The notes under the pieces are model-generated. The model saw only the letters and a program-made list of their open reading frames with translations. It ran no database searches and was not told the origin of the DNA. Positions 9,536 to 19,833 of a stretch of 64,000 nucleotides of DNA are shown piece after piece. Source of the DNA: Escherichia phage GEP001; sequence record PV173775. One strand, written 5' to 3'. Numbering within the stretch: position 1 is the first letter of the stretch; each line of letters starts with the position of its first letter. The translations under genes were made by a program, and so were the position numbers.

Positions 9536-9578
9536 GTTTACAAGCTGATAGAGTTGTGTTATAGTAATTCTATCAGCT
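9536..9578 (+). promoter_or_regulatory. early promoter with 10-bp perfect inverted repeat (agctgataga / tctatcagct) bracketing the -10
   Basis: GTTTAC 9536-9541, TATAGT 9560-9565, arms 9543-9552 and 9569-9578. Confidence 0.55.
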
Positions 9579-9596
9579 AATCGCGGAGAAAAGAAA

Positions 9597-9851
9597 ATGA
9601 TGCTAGTTAATAGAGAATATCAGTTTAAATCAGAAGAAGATTTGGAAAAATTCGCGAGCGGTTGTGAACTGAATAGACGCACAGCTAAAGTCATAGGATT
9701 AAAACCCTTTACAGTTCTAGATTGTGAAGTTTCTAAATTCCGCAGAGGGTGTTCTATTAGCGGTCATGCTCTGGTTGATGGGAACACATTTTTCTTTGTT
9801 TTTAGCGTCAGAGAACTTTTATTGATTAACGAACTTGAGGAAATAAAATAG
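9597..9851 (+). CDS. hypothetical protein (84 aa)
   Basis: ORF with RBS-like gcggagaaaag upstream. Confidence 0.5.
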   Translation: MMLVNREYQFKSEEDLEKFASGCELNRRTAKVIGLKPFTVLDCEVSKFRRGCSISGHALVDGNTFFFVFSVRELLLINELEEIK

Positions 9852-9879
9852 TTTACTTTTGTTTTAAACATGTTATTAT
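9851..9879 (+). promoter_or_regulatory. early promoter (GTTTAC, 17 bp, TATTAT)
   Basis: gtttacttttgttttaaacatgttattat. Confidence 0.5.
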
Positions 9880-9903
9880 AGACCTATCAAAACAAACGAG
9901 TAA

Positions 9904-10095
9904 ATGGAGAATAAAATGTCTAAAGTATCAGGTTATCAATTATTAACACAAGAACAACGTTCAGAGATGGATTCTTTACAAGAACGGTGTCAGCATAGAA
10001 ATAACGCACTTGATTCATTTTTATTAGTTGAATATGAAAACTTGTGCTCTAGACTTGAAAAAGAATATGTTCATCAACATGGAGGAGAAGAATGA
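9904..10095 (+). CDS. hypothetical protein (63 aa; alternative start at 9916)
   Basis: Two in-frame ATGs; GGAG RBS favours the ATG at 9916. Confidence 0.5.
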   Translation: MENKMSKVSGYQLLTQEQRSEMDSLQERCQHRNNALDSFLLVEYENLCSRLEKEYVHQHGGEE

Positions 10096-10142
10096 AACTG
10101 AAATCACCAATTATTGTAATTTGTCTGTTTGCTTCTACTAGT

Positions 10143-10171
10143 GTTTACTTTTGTTGAAAATTGAGATACTA
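10143..10171 (+). promoter_or_regulatory. early promoter (GTTTAC, 17 bp, TACTAT)
   Basis: gtttacttttgttgaaaattgagatactat. Confidence 0.5.
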
Positions 10172-10198
10172 TAAACATAAACTACTGAGGAGATTATC

Positions 10199-10492
10199 AT
10201 GAAAAAATTTATCTTTGCTGCAATTTTTGCTTTATCTTCTTGCGCTGCTCAGCCTGCTATGGCGGGTTATGACAAAGATTTGTGTGAGTGGTCTATGACT
10301 GCAGATCAGACTGAGGTTGAAACTCAGATTGAAGCCGATATTATGAATATCGTTGAGCGTGATCGTCCTGAAATGAAAGCTGAAGTGCAAAAACAACTTA
10401 AGTCTGGTGGTGTAATGCAGTATAATTATGTTCTGTATTGCGATAAAAACTTTAATAATAAAAATATCGTAACCGAAATCACAGGCGAATAA
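10199..10492 (+). CDS. sp: Spackle periplasmic protein (superinfection exclusion, lysozyme inhibitor)
   Basis: 97 aa with N-terminal signal peptide MKKFIFAAIFALSSCAAQPAMA; recognised as T4 Sp. Confidence 0.75.
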   Translation: MKKFIFAAIFALSSCAAQPAMAGYDKDLCEWSMTADQTEVETQIEADIMNIVERDRPEMKAEVQKQLKSGGVMQYNYVLYCDKNFNNKNIVTEITGE

Positions 10493-10493
10493 T

Positions 10494-11126
10494 ATGATTT
10501 ATTATATGCACAAAAATCCACCGTTTAAATATGGTAAATTTCCTGATGCACAATGTTATAATATAACACCTAATGAAAATAACCGTGGATATCTTATTGG
10601 CACAATTTTTGTAATTGTTAAAGATAACGAAATCGTTGCCTGGGCAGATTTTAAAGGTACAACATATGATGTTAATCCGGTGCCTTTCACATATTACAAT
10701 TTAATGGATTTGGCATACGATTATAATTGGTTTAATCATGATACTTTGGCTCATATTGAAGGTGTAGGATTTGATATTTCATATTCGGAATACACTTTAA
10801 GCCCTATGAGTCGAGCCCATAAAGAACCTGAATATTTTTCATTTAGGAAACGTGTAAACTTTAAACGCAGCACAGAGTATATCGGTGGAATCTTTGTTAA
10901 AGATAATCGAATTATTCGTATTAATTATCCTTTGAGCGTTAGTCAAAAAGATATTGATGTTGATTTAGATTTCACTGAAAATAATATTAATAATATTGCT
11001 TCTGTGTATTTTGGTATCGATCACAAAATTGTAATATGTGGATATGAATTACCGTTTGAAGAACAGCCTAAAGTAAAAGTTTCTATTGACGATCAAATTT
11101 TTAATGCTTTTATGAATAAAGGTTAA
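10494..11126 (+). CDS. hypothetical protein (210 aa) with two internal VKDN-type repeats
   Basis: C-terminus SIDDQIFNAFMNKG is shared with the next ORF. Confidence 0.6.
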   Translation: MIYYMHKNPPFKYGKFPDAQCYNITPNENNRGYLIGTIFVIVKDNEIVAWADFKGTTYDVNPVPFTYYNLMDLAYDYNWFNHDTLAHIEGVGFDISYSEYTLSPMSRAHKEPEYFSFRKRVNFKRSTEYIGGIFVKDNRIIRINYPLSVSQKDIDVDLDFTENNINNIASVYFGIDHKIVICGYELPFEEQPKVKVSIDDQIFNAFMNKG

Positions 11127-11127
11127 T

Positions 11128-11484
11128 ATGTATAGTTCTGAATTTTCATATTTAAAAATGGAAAAAATTTCATACGATTTTATAGATGAAAAGGTTTATT
11201 ACAGTTTCCATGAACCGCGTTTTAATAGTGAGGTTGGGTTTATTGTAGTAAAAGACAATTTCATTTTAAAGATATATTCGGCATTAAAGGATTTTCACTA
11301 CGAAAATATTAACCTAAAATTTGATAAAGAAAACGTTCGTAATTGTGCAGTAACAATTACAGGAAATAAAGGTACATGTGTTATGCTATCTGATGAAATT
11401 AATGATTTGCTAAATGATGTAGAAAAGGTTGCTGTTCCATCGATTGATGACCAAATTTTTAATGCTTTTATGAATAGAGGTTAA
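11128..11484 (+). CDS. hypothetical protein (118 aa), paralog of the preceding ORF
   Basis: Shares the VKDN repeat and C-terminus SIDDQIFNAFMNRG. Confidence 0.6.
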   Translation: MYSSEFSYLKMEKISYDFIDEKVYYSFHEPRFNSEVGFIVVKDNFILKIYSALKDFHYENINLKFDKENVRNCAVTITGNKGTCVMLSDEINDLLNDVEKVAVPSIDDQIFNAFMNRG

Positions 11485-11485
11485 T

Positions 11486-11650
11486 ATGAAAACATATAAA
11501 GAATTTATCAAAGAAGATATGGTAGCTGGAGATTCGGGTGGTAATCCTGAAAATATCTCTACTGGAACAACGTCAGGCGCTGTAGTAAATAAAGGCCCTG
11601 AACAGATTCCTAAAAAGAAAAAAGAGGAATCTAAAGAAAAAGAAGAGTAA
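11486..11650 (+). CDS. small hypothetical protein (54 aa, lysine/glutamate-rich C-terminus)
   Basis: ATG overlaps the preceding stop (TAATATG); below track cutoff. Confidence 0.35.
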   Translation: MKTYKEFIKEDMVAGDSGGNPENISTGTTSGAVVNKGPEQIPKKKKEESKEKEE

Positions 11651-11652
11651 AA

Positions 11653-12681
11653 ATGTCATCAATACCTTGGATTGATAATGAGTTTGCATATCGTGCATTA
11701 GCTCATTTACCTAAATTTACACAAGTAAATAATAGTTCAACTTTTAAATTGCGGTTTAGATGCCCTGTTTGTGGAGATTCAAAAACCGACCAAAATAAAG
11801 CTCGTGGATGGTATTATGGCGATAATAATGAAGGAAATATTCATTGTTATAACTGTAACTATCATGCACCAATCGGAATATATTTAAAGGAGTTTGAACC
11901 CGATTTATATCGTGAGTATATCTTTGAAATAAGAAAAGAAAAAGGTAAAAGTCGTCCAGTAGAAAAACCTAAAGAACTTCCTAAACAACCTGAGAAGAAA
12001 ATAATTAAATCTCTTCCGTCATGTGTTAGATTAGATAAACTGGCGGAAGACCATCCAATTATAAAATATGTAAAAGCTCGCTGTATTCCAAAGGATAAAT
12101 GGAAATATCTTTGGTTTACATCTGAATGGCCTAAATTAGTTAATAGTATAGCACCAGGAACATATAAAAAGGAAATACCTGAGCCTCGTCTTGTTATTCC
12201 AATTTATAATGCTAATGGAAAAGCTGAGTCTTTTCAAGGACGTGCATTAAAGAAAGATGCTCCTCAAAAATATATCACCATCAAAGCTTATCCTGAGGCA
12301 ACAAAAATCTATGGTGTTGAACGAGTTAAAGATGGTGATGTATATGTTCTAGAAGGACCTATAGATTCACTTTTTATTGAAAATGGTATAGCTATTACAG
12401 GTGGTCAATTAGACCTAGAAATTGTTCCATTTAAAGATAGACGAGTATGGGTTTTGGATAATGAACCTCGTCATCCTGATACTATTAAACGAATGACTAA
12501 ATTAGTTGACGCAGGAGAAAGGATTATGTTTTGGGACAAATCTCCATGGAAATCAAAAGATGTTAATGATATGATTAGAAAGGAAGGTGCAACCCCTGAA
12601 CAAATTATGGAATATATGAAAAATAATATTGCGCAGGGGTTGATGGCTAAAATGCGGCTATCTAAATATGCTAAGATTTAA
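11653..12681 (+). CDS. 61: DNA primase gp61
   Basis: 342 aa; zinc ribbon CPVCGDS...HCYNCNYH; TOPRIM motif VLEGPIDSLF; recognised as T4 gp61. Confidence 0.95.
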   Translation: MSSIPWIDNEFAYRALAHLPKFTQVNNSSTFKLRFRCPVCGDSKTDQNKARGWYYGDNNEGNIHCYNCNYHAPIGIYLKEFEPDLYREYIFEIRKEKGKSRPVEKPKELPKQPEKKIIKSLPSCVRLDKLAEDHPIIKYVKARCIPKDKWKYLWFTSEWPKLVNSIAPGTYKKEIPEPRLVIPIYNANGKAESFQGRALKKDAPQKYITIKAYPEATKIYGVERVKDGDVYVLEGPIDSLFIENGIAITGGQLDLEIVPFKDRRVWVLDNEPRHPDTIKRMTKLVDAGERIMFWDKSPWKSKDVNDMIRKEGATPEQIMEYMKNNIAQGLMAKMRLSKYAKI

Positions 12682-12878
12682 ATTAACCCAACTAAAGCAA
12701 ATGCTAAATCTACGAATGTATCAAGAGTAATTACTGGAATACTAACGCCATGAGCAATAGCAACTGGCGATAAAACAAAATTCCAAAGTAAAATTCCTAT
12801 CATAGCAGAAATAGTAAAAGCTATACGTTTTTTATTACCTTTGATGGCATTAACAAGTGCCATTAATTTTTGTACCAT
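12678..12878 (-). CDS. antisense small membrane protein (66 aa)
   Basis: Strong Shine-Dalgarno AAGGAGG 7 nt upstream of ATG on the minus strand; two hydrophobic segments; the only convincing minus-strand gene in the early region. Confidence 0.55.
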   Translation of the reverse strand: MVQKLMALVNAIKGNKKRIAFTISAMIGILLWNFVLSPVAIAHGVSIPVITLDTFVDLAFALVGLI

Positions 12879-12927
12879 GTGTCGTCCTCCTTTAAATTAA
12901 ATATTTATCGCAAATTTTACAAAATTT

Positions 12928-12957
12928 GTTTACTTTCTCAGCTTGTTGTGGTATTAT
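12928..12957 (+). promoter_or_regulatory. early promoter (GTTTAC, 18 bp, TATTAT)
   Basis: gtttactttctcagcttgttgtggtattat, upstream of the 186-aa ORF. Confidence 0.55.
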
Positions 12958-12982
12958 AAAATAAACTGCTGAGGATAATATA

Positions 12983-14322
<1,340 letters not shown>

Positions 14323-14382
14323 CTGCTTATATATTCAAATGATATAATTATTTAACTTATTAATGAATTGAAAGGAAAAATA

Positions 14383-14901
14383 ATGGCATACTTTAATGAA
14401 TGTTCACAACTGATCGAAGGCGCTGATAAAGCTCAAAATGAATACTGGGATATTCTCGGTGATGAAAAAGACCCGCTGCAGGTTATGCTTGATATGCAGA
14501 AATCTTTGCAGGTTCGTTTAGCTAAAGATAAACCTGAATATAACCGTCATCCTGATGATTTGGCTACTGCAGGTGAAGTTGTTGATTGGCTGCGTAATCA
14601 GAAAGATTATATTGACGATGAATTCCGTGAACTTCTAACTTCTCTTGGCGGTATGAGTAATGGCGAAAAAGATGCATCTGCTGTATGGAAGCCTTGGAAA
14701 GCTCAACATGGTGAACGCCGTGAAACTCTAATTACTGATTTGTCTCCACAAGACCAGTTGGAAATTAAATTCGAAATGATTGATATTCTTCATTTCGTTT
14801 TGAACATGTTCCAAGGTCTTGGTCTTACGGCTGAAGAAATCTTTAAACTTTATTATCTGAAAAATGCTGAAAACTTCGCTCGTCAAGACCGAGGTTATTA
14901 A
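14383..14901 (+). CDS. 56: dCTPase/dUTPase gp56 (MazG-like pyrophosphatase)
   Basis: MAYFNECSQLIEGADKAQNEYWDILGDEKDPLQVMLDMQ... recognised as T4 gp56; ATG at 14383 with AGGA RBS. Confidence 0.9.
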   Translation: MAYFNECSQLIEGADKAQNEYWDILGDEKDPLQVMLDMQKSLQVRLAKDKPEYNRHPDDLATAGEVVDWLRNQKDYIDDEFRELLTSLGGMSNGEKDASAVWKPWKAQHGERRETLITDLSPQDQLEIKFEMIDILHFVLNMFQGLGLTAEEIFKLYYLKNAENFARQDRGY

Positions 14902-14945
14902 TAGCTCGTTTATTTAAACGACGACTTAAAAGCCGTGAGAATTAT

Positions 14946-14953
14946 TATAAATA
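14946..14953 (+). promoter_or_regulatory. late promoter TATAAATA for soc
   Basis: Exact TATAAATA about 30 bp upstream of soc ATG. Confidence 0.6.
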
Positions 14954-14983
14954 ATCATGTAATTTAAATAAAAGGAGAATTAC

Positions 14984-15229
14984 ATGGCTAGTACTCGCGG
15001 TTATGTTAATATCAAAACATTTGAGCAGAAATTAGATGGAAATAAGAAAATTGAAGGAAAGGAAATTTCAGTAGCTTTCCCTCTTTATTCTGACGTTCAC
15101 AAAATTTCTGGCGCTCATTACCAGACATTCCCTTCAGAAAAAGCAGCATATACTACTGTATATGAAGAAAATCAGCGTACTGAATGGATTGCTGCAAACG
15201 AAGATTTGTGGAAAGTAACTGGTGGTTAA
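14984..15229 (+). CDS. soc: Soc small outer capsid protein
   Basis: 81 aa; MASTRGYVNIKTFEQKLDGNKKIEGKEISVAFPLY... recognised as T4 Soc. Confidence 0.9.
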   Translation: MASTRGYVNIKTFEQKLDGNKKIEGKEISVAFPLYSDVHKISGAHYQTFPSEKAAYTTVYEENQRTEWIAANEDLWKVTGG

Positions 15230-15236
15230 TAATTCA

Positions 15237-15262
15237 AGGACTCCTTCGGGAGTCCTTTTTTC
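15237..15262 (+). terminator. intrinsic terminator aggactcc-ttcg-ggagtcct + T6
   Basis: 8-bp stem, UUCG loop, tttttt. Confidence 0.8.
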
Positions 15263-15272
15263 ATTTTACTGG

Positions 15273-15301
15273 TTTACTTTCCAAAATGAGTATGGTATAA
15301 T
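15273..15301 (+). promoter_or_regulatory. early promoter (GTTTAC, 17 bp, TATAAT)
   Basis: gtttactttccaaaatgagtatggtataat. Confidence 0.6.
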
Positions 15302-15327
15302 AAAATTATCTTATAGAGGAGAGCACT

Positions 15328-15540
15328 ATGTTAAATCGCTGGATTAAACCAAATGAAGACCTTCAGAAGGTTCTTGATAAAGCTATCTCTGATAAATGGG
15401 GTATGAAAAGCTGGGATTGTGATATCGTCACGCATTCATTCATGATGCATGCAGATGGTTCAGTCGAGTTCAATGCTGAAATGCGATACACTGACTGGGG
15501 TGGATTTCAAAGAGTCGAATTTCAAAGAGGCTTTTTGTAA
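15328..15540 (+). CDS. hypothetical protein (70 aa)
   Basis: ORF with GAGGAG RBS. Confidence 0.55.
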   Translation: MLNRWIKPNEDLQKVLDKAISDKWGMKSWDCDIVTHSFMMHADGSVEFNAEMRYTDWGGFQRVEFQRGFL

Positions 15541-15881
15541 TGTTTATCTTTAACTGGTTTAAAAATTTCTTTACGGATTTTTTCTTTACAGCTCCTGGAG
15601 AAGGTGTAGTTCCTATTTCAAACGACTACCTTCCTTTAACTGTAGTTGAATATGTTTATATGGGAGATGGAACAGTAGAAGCAGTTACTATGACTTATGA
15701 AGAAGCCCAAGAATATTATAAAAATCCTTGGCGCTGGTCAACACCTACTGCATCATCTAATACACAGAATACACAATCTAGTTCTGATTCATATGACACT
15801 AATGTTCCTGTTCATGTATGGGCGGGCGATTCATGTGGAAGTTCTTGTGATTCTAGTTGTTCATCTACATCTTGTGATTGA
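15540..15881 (+). CDS. hypothetical protein (113 aa, Ser/Cys-rich C-terminus)
   Basis: ATG overlaps the preceding stop. Confidence 0.5.
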   Translation: MFIFNWFKNFFTDFFFTAPGEGVVPISNDYLPLTVVEYVYMGDGTVEAVTMTYEEAQEYYKNPWRWSTPTASSNTQNTQSSSDSYDTNVPVHVWAGDSCGSSCDSSCSSTSCD

Positions 15882-15889
15882 GGAAAATT

Positions 15890-16375
15890 ATGGAAGCGAT
15901 TTTGTTTGAAATGTATATTAGTAGTAATAGTTTGTCGTTTGCTAAAGACGTTCCAATTACCGTAGCAGTAATGATTGATAAGGGTTATTGTGACCCAATG
16001 TATCTCGTAGAAAATTTCGTTTCAATGCCAGTTCCAGAAGATGCTGAAATAAAACTTAAAAAGATTGGTATTATTGAAACTGTACCAAATATTCCGTTTA
16101 GAGCAATTGAAGCATTTACTAAATCCGAATACATTAATGTTAGCGCAGAACAATATAATGATAAACCTTTATCTTTCTATTCGTATGATTCATTATATAG
16201 TTGGAAAATAGATAAAGGAAATAAATTTATAATTGCGAGTGAAGATGCGTTATCATACTTTATTTCTTCTATATGGAATAGTTTACATCCAAATTTGCTA
16301 AAAATTCATGAATTTGATGATGCTCCTACTGTTGTTTTAGGTAAAACAAATGAAAGTTCTGAAGAAAATGTTTGA
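15890..16375 (+). CDS. mrh: Mrh-like protein (modulator of host heat-shock sigma)
   Basis: 161 aa from ATG at 15890 with GAGGA RBS; size and position match T4 mrh; identity is positional. Confidence 0.45.
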   Translation: MEAILFEMYISSNSLSFAKDVPITVAVMIDKGYCDPMYLVENFVSMPVPEDAEIKLKKIGIIETVPNIPFRAIEAFTKSEYINVSAEQYNDKPLSFYSYDSLYSWKIDKGNKFIIASEDALSYFISSIWNSLHPNLLKIHEFDDAPTVVLGKTNESSEENV

Positions 16376-16553
16376 ATGGTTCAATAGACCAAACTCAATG
16401 TACATTGATGATGGTTGGGTTGAACAGGCAAATAAAGAAATGCAGAACGAATCAGAAGAATGGATGAAATCAATGATTAGTGCCGAGAAAGAAAAGAAAT
16501 TAGAACGCTCAGCGCTTAAATTGATGAGAGACATCTATGGGGATAAATCGTGA
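16350..16553 (+). CDS. hypothetical protein (67 aa)
   Basis: Track ORF. Confidence 0.45.
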   Translation: MKVLKKMFEWFNRPNSMYIDDGWVEQANKEMQNESEEWMKSMISAEKEKKLERSALKLMRDIYGDKS

Positions 16554-16714
16554 ACAGAGATATGACGCTAGAAGAGGCCAAGGCTAAAGCAAATGAAGCA
16601 CTGGATTTGCTTCTTAAAATTGGCAGTAAAATGATGGAAGAAAATGAGAAATATATCCAGGAAAACAAAATTCCTGACGGCCCATTAGTAGGCAAGAGGA
16701 AATCACATGATTGA
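16550..16714 (+). CDS. small hypothetical protein (about 54 aa, GTG start)
   Basis: Fills the gap between flanking ORFs; below track cutoff. Confidence 0.3.
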   Translation: MNRDMTLEEAKAKANEALDLLLKIGSKMMEENEKYIQENKIPDGPLVGKRKSHD

Positions 16715-17177
16715 AGTAGCAAAACTATATTCAATAGAATTTATGTCTAAAGAAGGTAAATCTGTAAATACACTTGACAAAAAGTGCTCATTAATTATTC
16801 CTTTAGCAGAAAATCCGGATATTTTAATTAAAGATATAAAAGAAAGAAAATATCCAGAAGATGTTATTCTAATTATAAAGCATACTGAAGATATTTTGCA
16901 GCATATTGATTCACCATTTTCTTCTTCTGAGGCTTTAACTATCAAAGGCTATAAAAGAGCTCATGAATATGGTCTTTTTGACCTATTTGAAGACGATAAA
17001 GTTAAATTAGCGAGTCAACCTTCTAAAAGTAAAACATTCATTATTGAAGATATTAAAGATATAAATGCATTTGTTAAGATGGTCTGGGCTCATTTTGATG
17101 TTGGACTACGCTGGAGAATGTCCGAAGAAGAAAGAAAGATTATTGAAACTAATCGTTATTTTGGTTTTTATCGCTAG
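16707..17177 (+). CDS. hypothetical protein (156 aa)
   Basis: Track ORF. Confidence 0.55.
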   Translation: MIEVAKLYSIEFMSKEGKSVNTLDKKCSLIIPLAENPDILIKDIKERKYPEDVILIIKHTEDILQHIDSPFSSSEALTIKGYKRAHEYGLFDLFEDDKVKLASQPSKSKTFIIEDIKDINAFVKMVWAHFDVGLRWRMSEEERKIIETNRYFGFYR

Positions 17178-17185
17178 GAATTAAT

Positions 17186-17368
17186 ATGGATTTATTTGAG
17201 ATGTTAGAAGATAATCATTCTACGAATATCCAGAATGATTCTAGTGATTATAAGAAAGAATACCGTATAGTATTACAGAATTATGGAATTGAAGCCCCAG
17301 ATGCTCTTCTAGAAGAACTAGCTTCATACCATCTTGACCCTCCGCCCTGGGCTCCCTGGGCAAAATAA
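17186..17368 (+). CDS. hypothetical protein (60 aa, acidic)
   Basis: Track ORF. Confidence 0.4.
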   Translation: MDLFEMLEDNHSTNIQNDSSDYKKEYRIVLQNYGIEAPDALLEELASYHLDPPPWAPWAK

Positions 17369-17379
17369 TTCAAAAAGTT

Positions 17380-17409
17380 GTTTACTTTCCTTCCTAACGA
17401 TGATATGAT
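17380..17409 (+). promoter_or_regulatory. early promoter (GTTTAC, 18 bp, TATGAT)
   Basis: aaaaagttgtttactttccttcctaacgatgatatgat. Confidence 0.5.
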
Positions 17410-17435
17410 AGCTTCTGAAGTATATGGAGGCTATC

Positions 17436-18059
17436 ATGATTATTAATCTTGCAGATGTTGAACAGTTATCTATAAAAGCTGAAAGTGTTGATTTTCAATA
17501 TGATATGTATAAAAAGGTCTGTGAAAAATTTACTGATTTCGAGCAGTCAGTTCTTTGGCAATGTATGGAAGCCAAAAAGAATGAAGCTCTTCATCGGCAG
17601 TTGAATAAAATCATTAAAAAGCATTTAACTAAATCACCTTATCAGCTATATCGTGGTATATCAAAATCGACAAAAGAGCTCATTAAAGATTTACAAGTTG
17701 GAGAAGTGTTTTCAACGAATAGAGTAGATTCATTTACTACTAGTTTGCACACAGCATGTGGTTTTTCTTATGTTGAGTATTTCACTGAAATAATATTTCG
17801 CTTAAAAACTGATAAAGCTTTTAATTATTCTGACCATATCAGCGATATTATACTTTCTTCTCCTAATACTGAGTTTAAGTATACATATGAAGATACTGAT
17901 GGATTAGATTCAGAACGTACTGATAACTTAATGATGATTGTGCGTGAACAAGAATGGATGATTCCAATTGGAAAGTATAAAATAACTTCTATTTCAAAAG
18001 AAAAATTACACGATTCATTTGGAACATTTAAAGTGTATGATATTGAGGTAGTTGAATGA
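17436..18059 (+). CDS. modB: ADP-ribosyltransferase ModB
   Basis: 207 aa from ATG with GGAGG RBS; R-S-EXE motifs (YRGIS, FTTS, EQEWMIP). Confidence 0.75.
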   Translation: MIINLADVEQLSIKAESVDFQYDMYKKVCEKFTDFEQSVLWQCMEAKKNEALHRQLNKIIKKHLTKSPYQLYRGISKSTKELIKDLQVGEVFSTNRVDSFTTSLHTACGFSYVEYFTEIIFRLKTDKAFNYSDHISDIILSSPNTEFKYTYEDTDGLDSERTDNLMMIVREQEWMIPIGKYKITSISKEKLHDSFGTFKVYDIEVVE

Positions 18060-18658
18060 AATATTCAGCAATGCAATTAAAAGATTTTAAAATCAAATCA
18101 ATGAATGCATCGGTGCGTGCTTCTATTCGTGAAGAATTACTTTCTGAAGGATTTAATTTATCCGAAATTGAACTTTTAATTCATTGTATTACTAATAAGC
18201 CAGACGATCATTCTTGGTTAAATGAAATAATCAAATCTCGTTTGGAACCAAACGATAAACCTCTTTGGAGAGGTGTTCCAGTTGAGACTAAGCAGGTGTT
18301 AAATCAAGGAATTGATATTATTACATTTGATAAAGTAGTATCAGCTTCATATGATAAAAATATAGCTCTGCATTTTGCTTCTGGATTAGAATACAACACA
18401 CAAGTTATTTTTGAATTCAAAGCTCCTATGGTATTTAATTTTCAGGAGTATGCTATAAAAGCTCTACGTTGTAAAGAATATAGTCCAAGTTTTAAGTTTC
18501 CAGATAGCCATCGCTATCGTAATATGGAATTAGTTTCAGATGAACAAGAAGTAATGATACCAGCTGGAAGTGTATTTAGAATTGCAGATAGATATGAGTA
18601 TAAAAAGTATTCAACATACACTATCTATACTCTTGATTTTGAAGGATTTAATCTATAA
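18056..18658 (+). CDS. modA: ADP-ribosyltransferase ModA
   Basis: 200 aa; R-S-EXE motifs (WRGV, SAS, EQEVMIP); paralog of the preceding gene. Confidence 0.75.
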   Translation: MKYSAMQLKDFKIKSMNASVRASIREELLSEGFNLSEIELLIHCITNKPDDHSWLNEIIKSRLEPNDKPLWRGVPVETKQVLNQGIDIITFDKVVSASYDKNIALHFASGLEYNTQVIFEFKAPMVFNFQEYAIKALRCKEYSPSFKFPDSHRYRNMELVSDEQEVMIPAGSVFRIADRYEYKKYSTYTIYTLDFEGFNL

Positions 18659-18714
18659 TGGAAGGACTTAGATTCATTATACCATGAAAGTTTTAAAGCA
18701 TTTTTCATAAAGTT

Positions 18715-18744
18715 GTTTACAAGCTGAAGTAAAAATGATATAGT
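18715..18744 (+). promoter_or_regulatory. early promoter (GTTTAC, 18 bp, TATAGT)
   Basis: gtttacaagctgaagtaaaaatgatatagt. Confidence 0.55.
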
Positions 18745-18773
18745 ATAAGTAGTTAACCGTCCGTGAGAAAAAT

Positions 18774-19520
18774 ATGAAACTATCTAAAAATCAAATTCGT
18801 AAAATTACACGTCGTTTAGAGCATACTCAGGCATCAGCTAAAAGACGTTCTAAAGATTTTAACTTAGACTTCAATTACATTAAGAACATTTTAGATCAGA
18901 AAGTTTGCGCTTACTCGGGAGAACCTTTTGATAATCGTATTGAAGGAGAGAAATTATCATTAGAACGTTTTGATAATAACGTTGGATACATTAAAGGGAA
19001 TGTTATTGCAGTAAAGAAAAAGTATAATACATTTCGTTCTGATTATACTTTAGAAGAGTTGATTGAAAAGCGTGATTTATTTGCTTTGCGAATTGGTCGT
19101 TCATCTGCGAAAAAAGTTCATAAACTAAATTTAGATGAAAAGAAATGGGCTAAAATCAAAAAGACTTATAATCAAATTAAAGCTATACAGAAAAAACGTG
19201 AAAACCGAATTGAGCACATTTCTCAGCTTTCTAAGTCAAAACAAACATCTGACATTAAGCTAACGATTATAGCGCTTAAAGCTCGTATTGATGGTTCTCG
19301 TATAGCAGAAGGCGCTGAAGTTGTTAAATTGAACGTTCTTCTTAAAGGCTCGGATTGGAAAACTGTGAAAAAGTTGTCAGAAGCAGAAATGCAATATGAT
19401 ATGTGTGATAAAATTATTCAAGGTGTAGAGCGGTATCAAAACTTGTCTTTTATTGATAAACTTAAACTGAAAAGAGGATACCCGCTAAATTGTTCAATTT
19501 TTAAACTTATCCGAGGATAA
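18774..19520 (+). CDS. srd: Srd-like protein (sigma70-similar)
   Basis: 248 aa; position between modA and dda as in T4; identity is positional. Confidence 0.5.
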   Translation: MKLSKNQIRKITRRLEHTQASAKRRSKDFNLDFNYIKNILDQKVCAYSGEPFDNRIEGEKLSLERFDNNVGYIKGNVIAVKKKYNTFRSDYTLEELIEKRDLFALRIGRSSAKKVHKLNLDEKKWAKIKKTYNQIKAIQKKRENRIEHISQLSKSKQTSDIKLTIIALKARIDGSRIAEGAEVVKLNVLLKGSDWKTVKKLSEAEMQYDMCDKIIQGVERYQNLSFIDKLKLKRGYPLNCSIFKLIRG

Positions 19521-19521
19521 T

Positions 19522-19833
19522 ATGTTTTATGTATATGCGATAGTGTATAGAGATAAAGATGGATTTGCGGTGCCTGTTCCTCTTGATGAACATCGTCCTG
19601 CTATATTTTTTGAAAGGGAGATTGCTGATAAAGTATTTACAACTCTTAAAGAGCAGTATCAACTAGCTTTAGGTATGGGAATTCCGAGATTAGTTGAGAC
19701 TCCACGCAAGTTTTGGTTTAATAAAATAGAAGTTAAACATGTTAAGCCTGATGTAGACACACAAAGATTATATCGGCGAATTTTAGATACTGGGCGTATT
19801 GTTAGTATACCAATTGCAGGGAATTTACGATGA
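19522..19833 (+). CDS. hypothetical protein (103 aa, dda.1-like)
   Basis: Track ORF immediately upstream of dda. Confidence 0.5.
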   Translation: MFYVYAIVYRDKDGFAVPVPLDEHRPAIFFEREIADKVFTTLKEQYQLALGMGIPRLVETPRKFWFNKIEVKHVKPDVDTQRLYRRILDTGRIVSIPIAGNLR

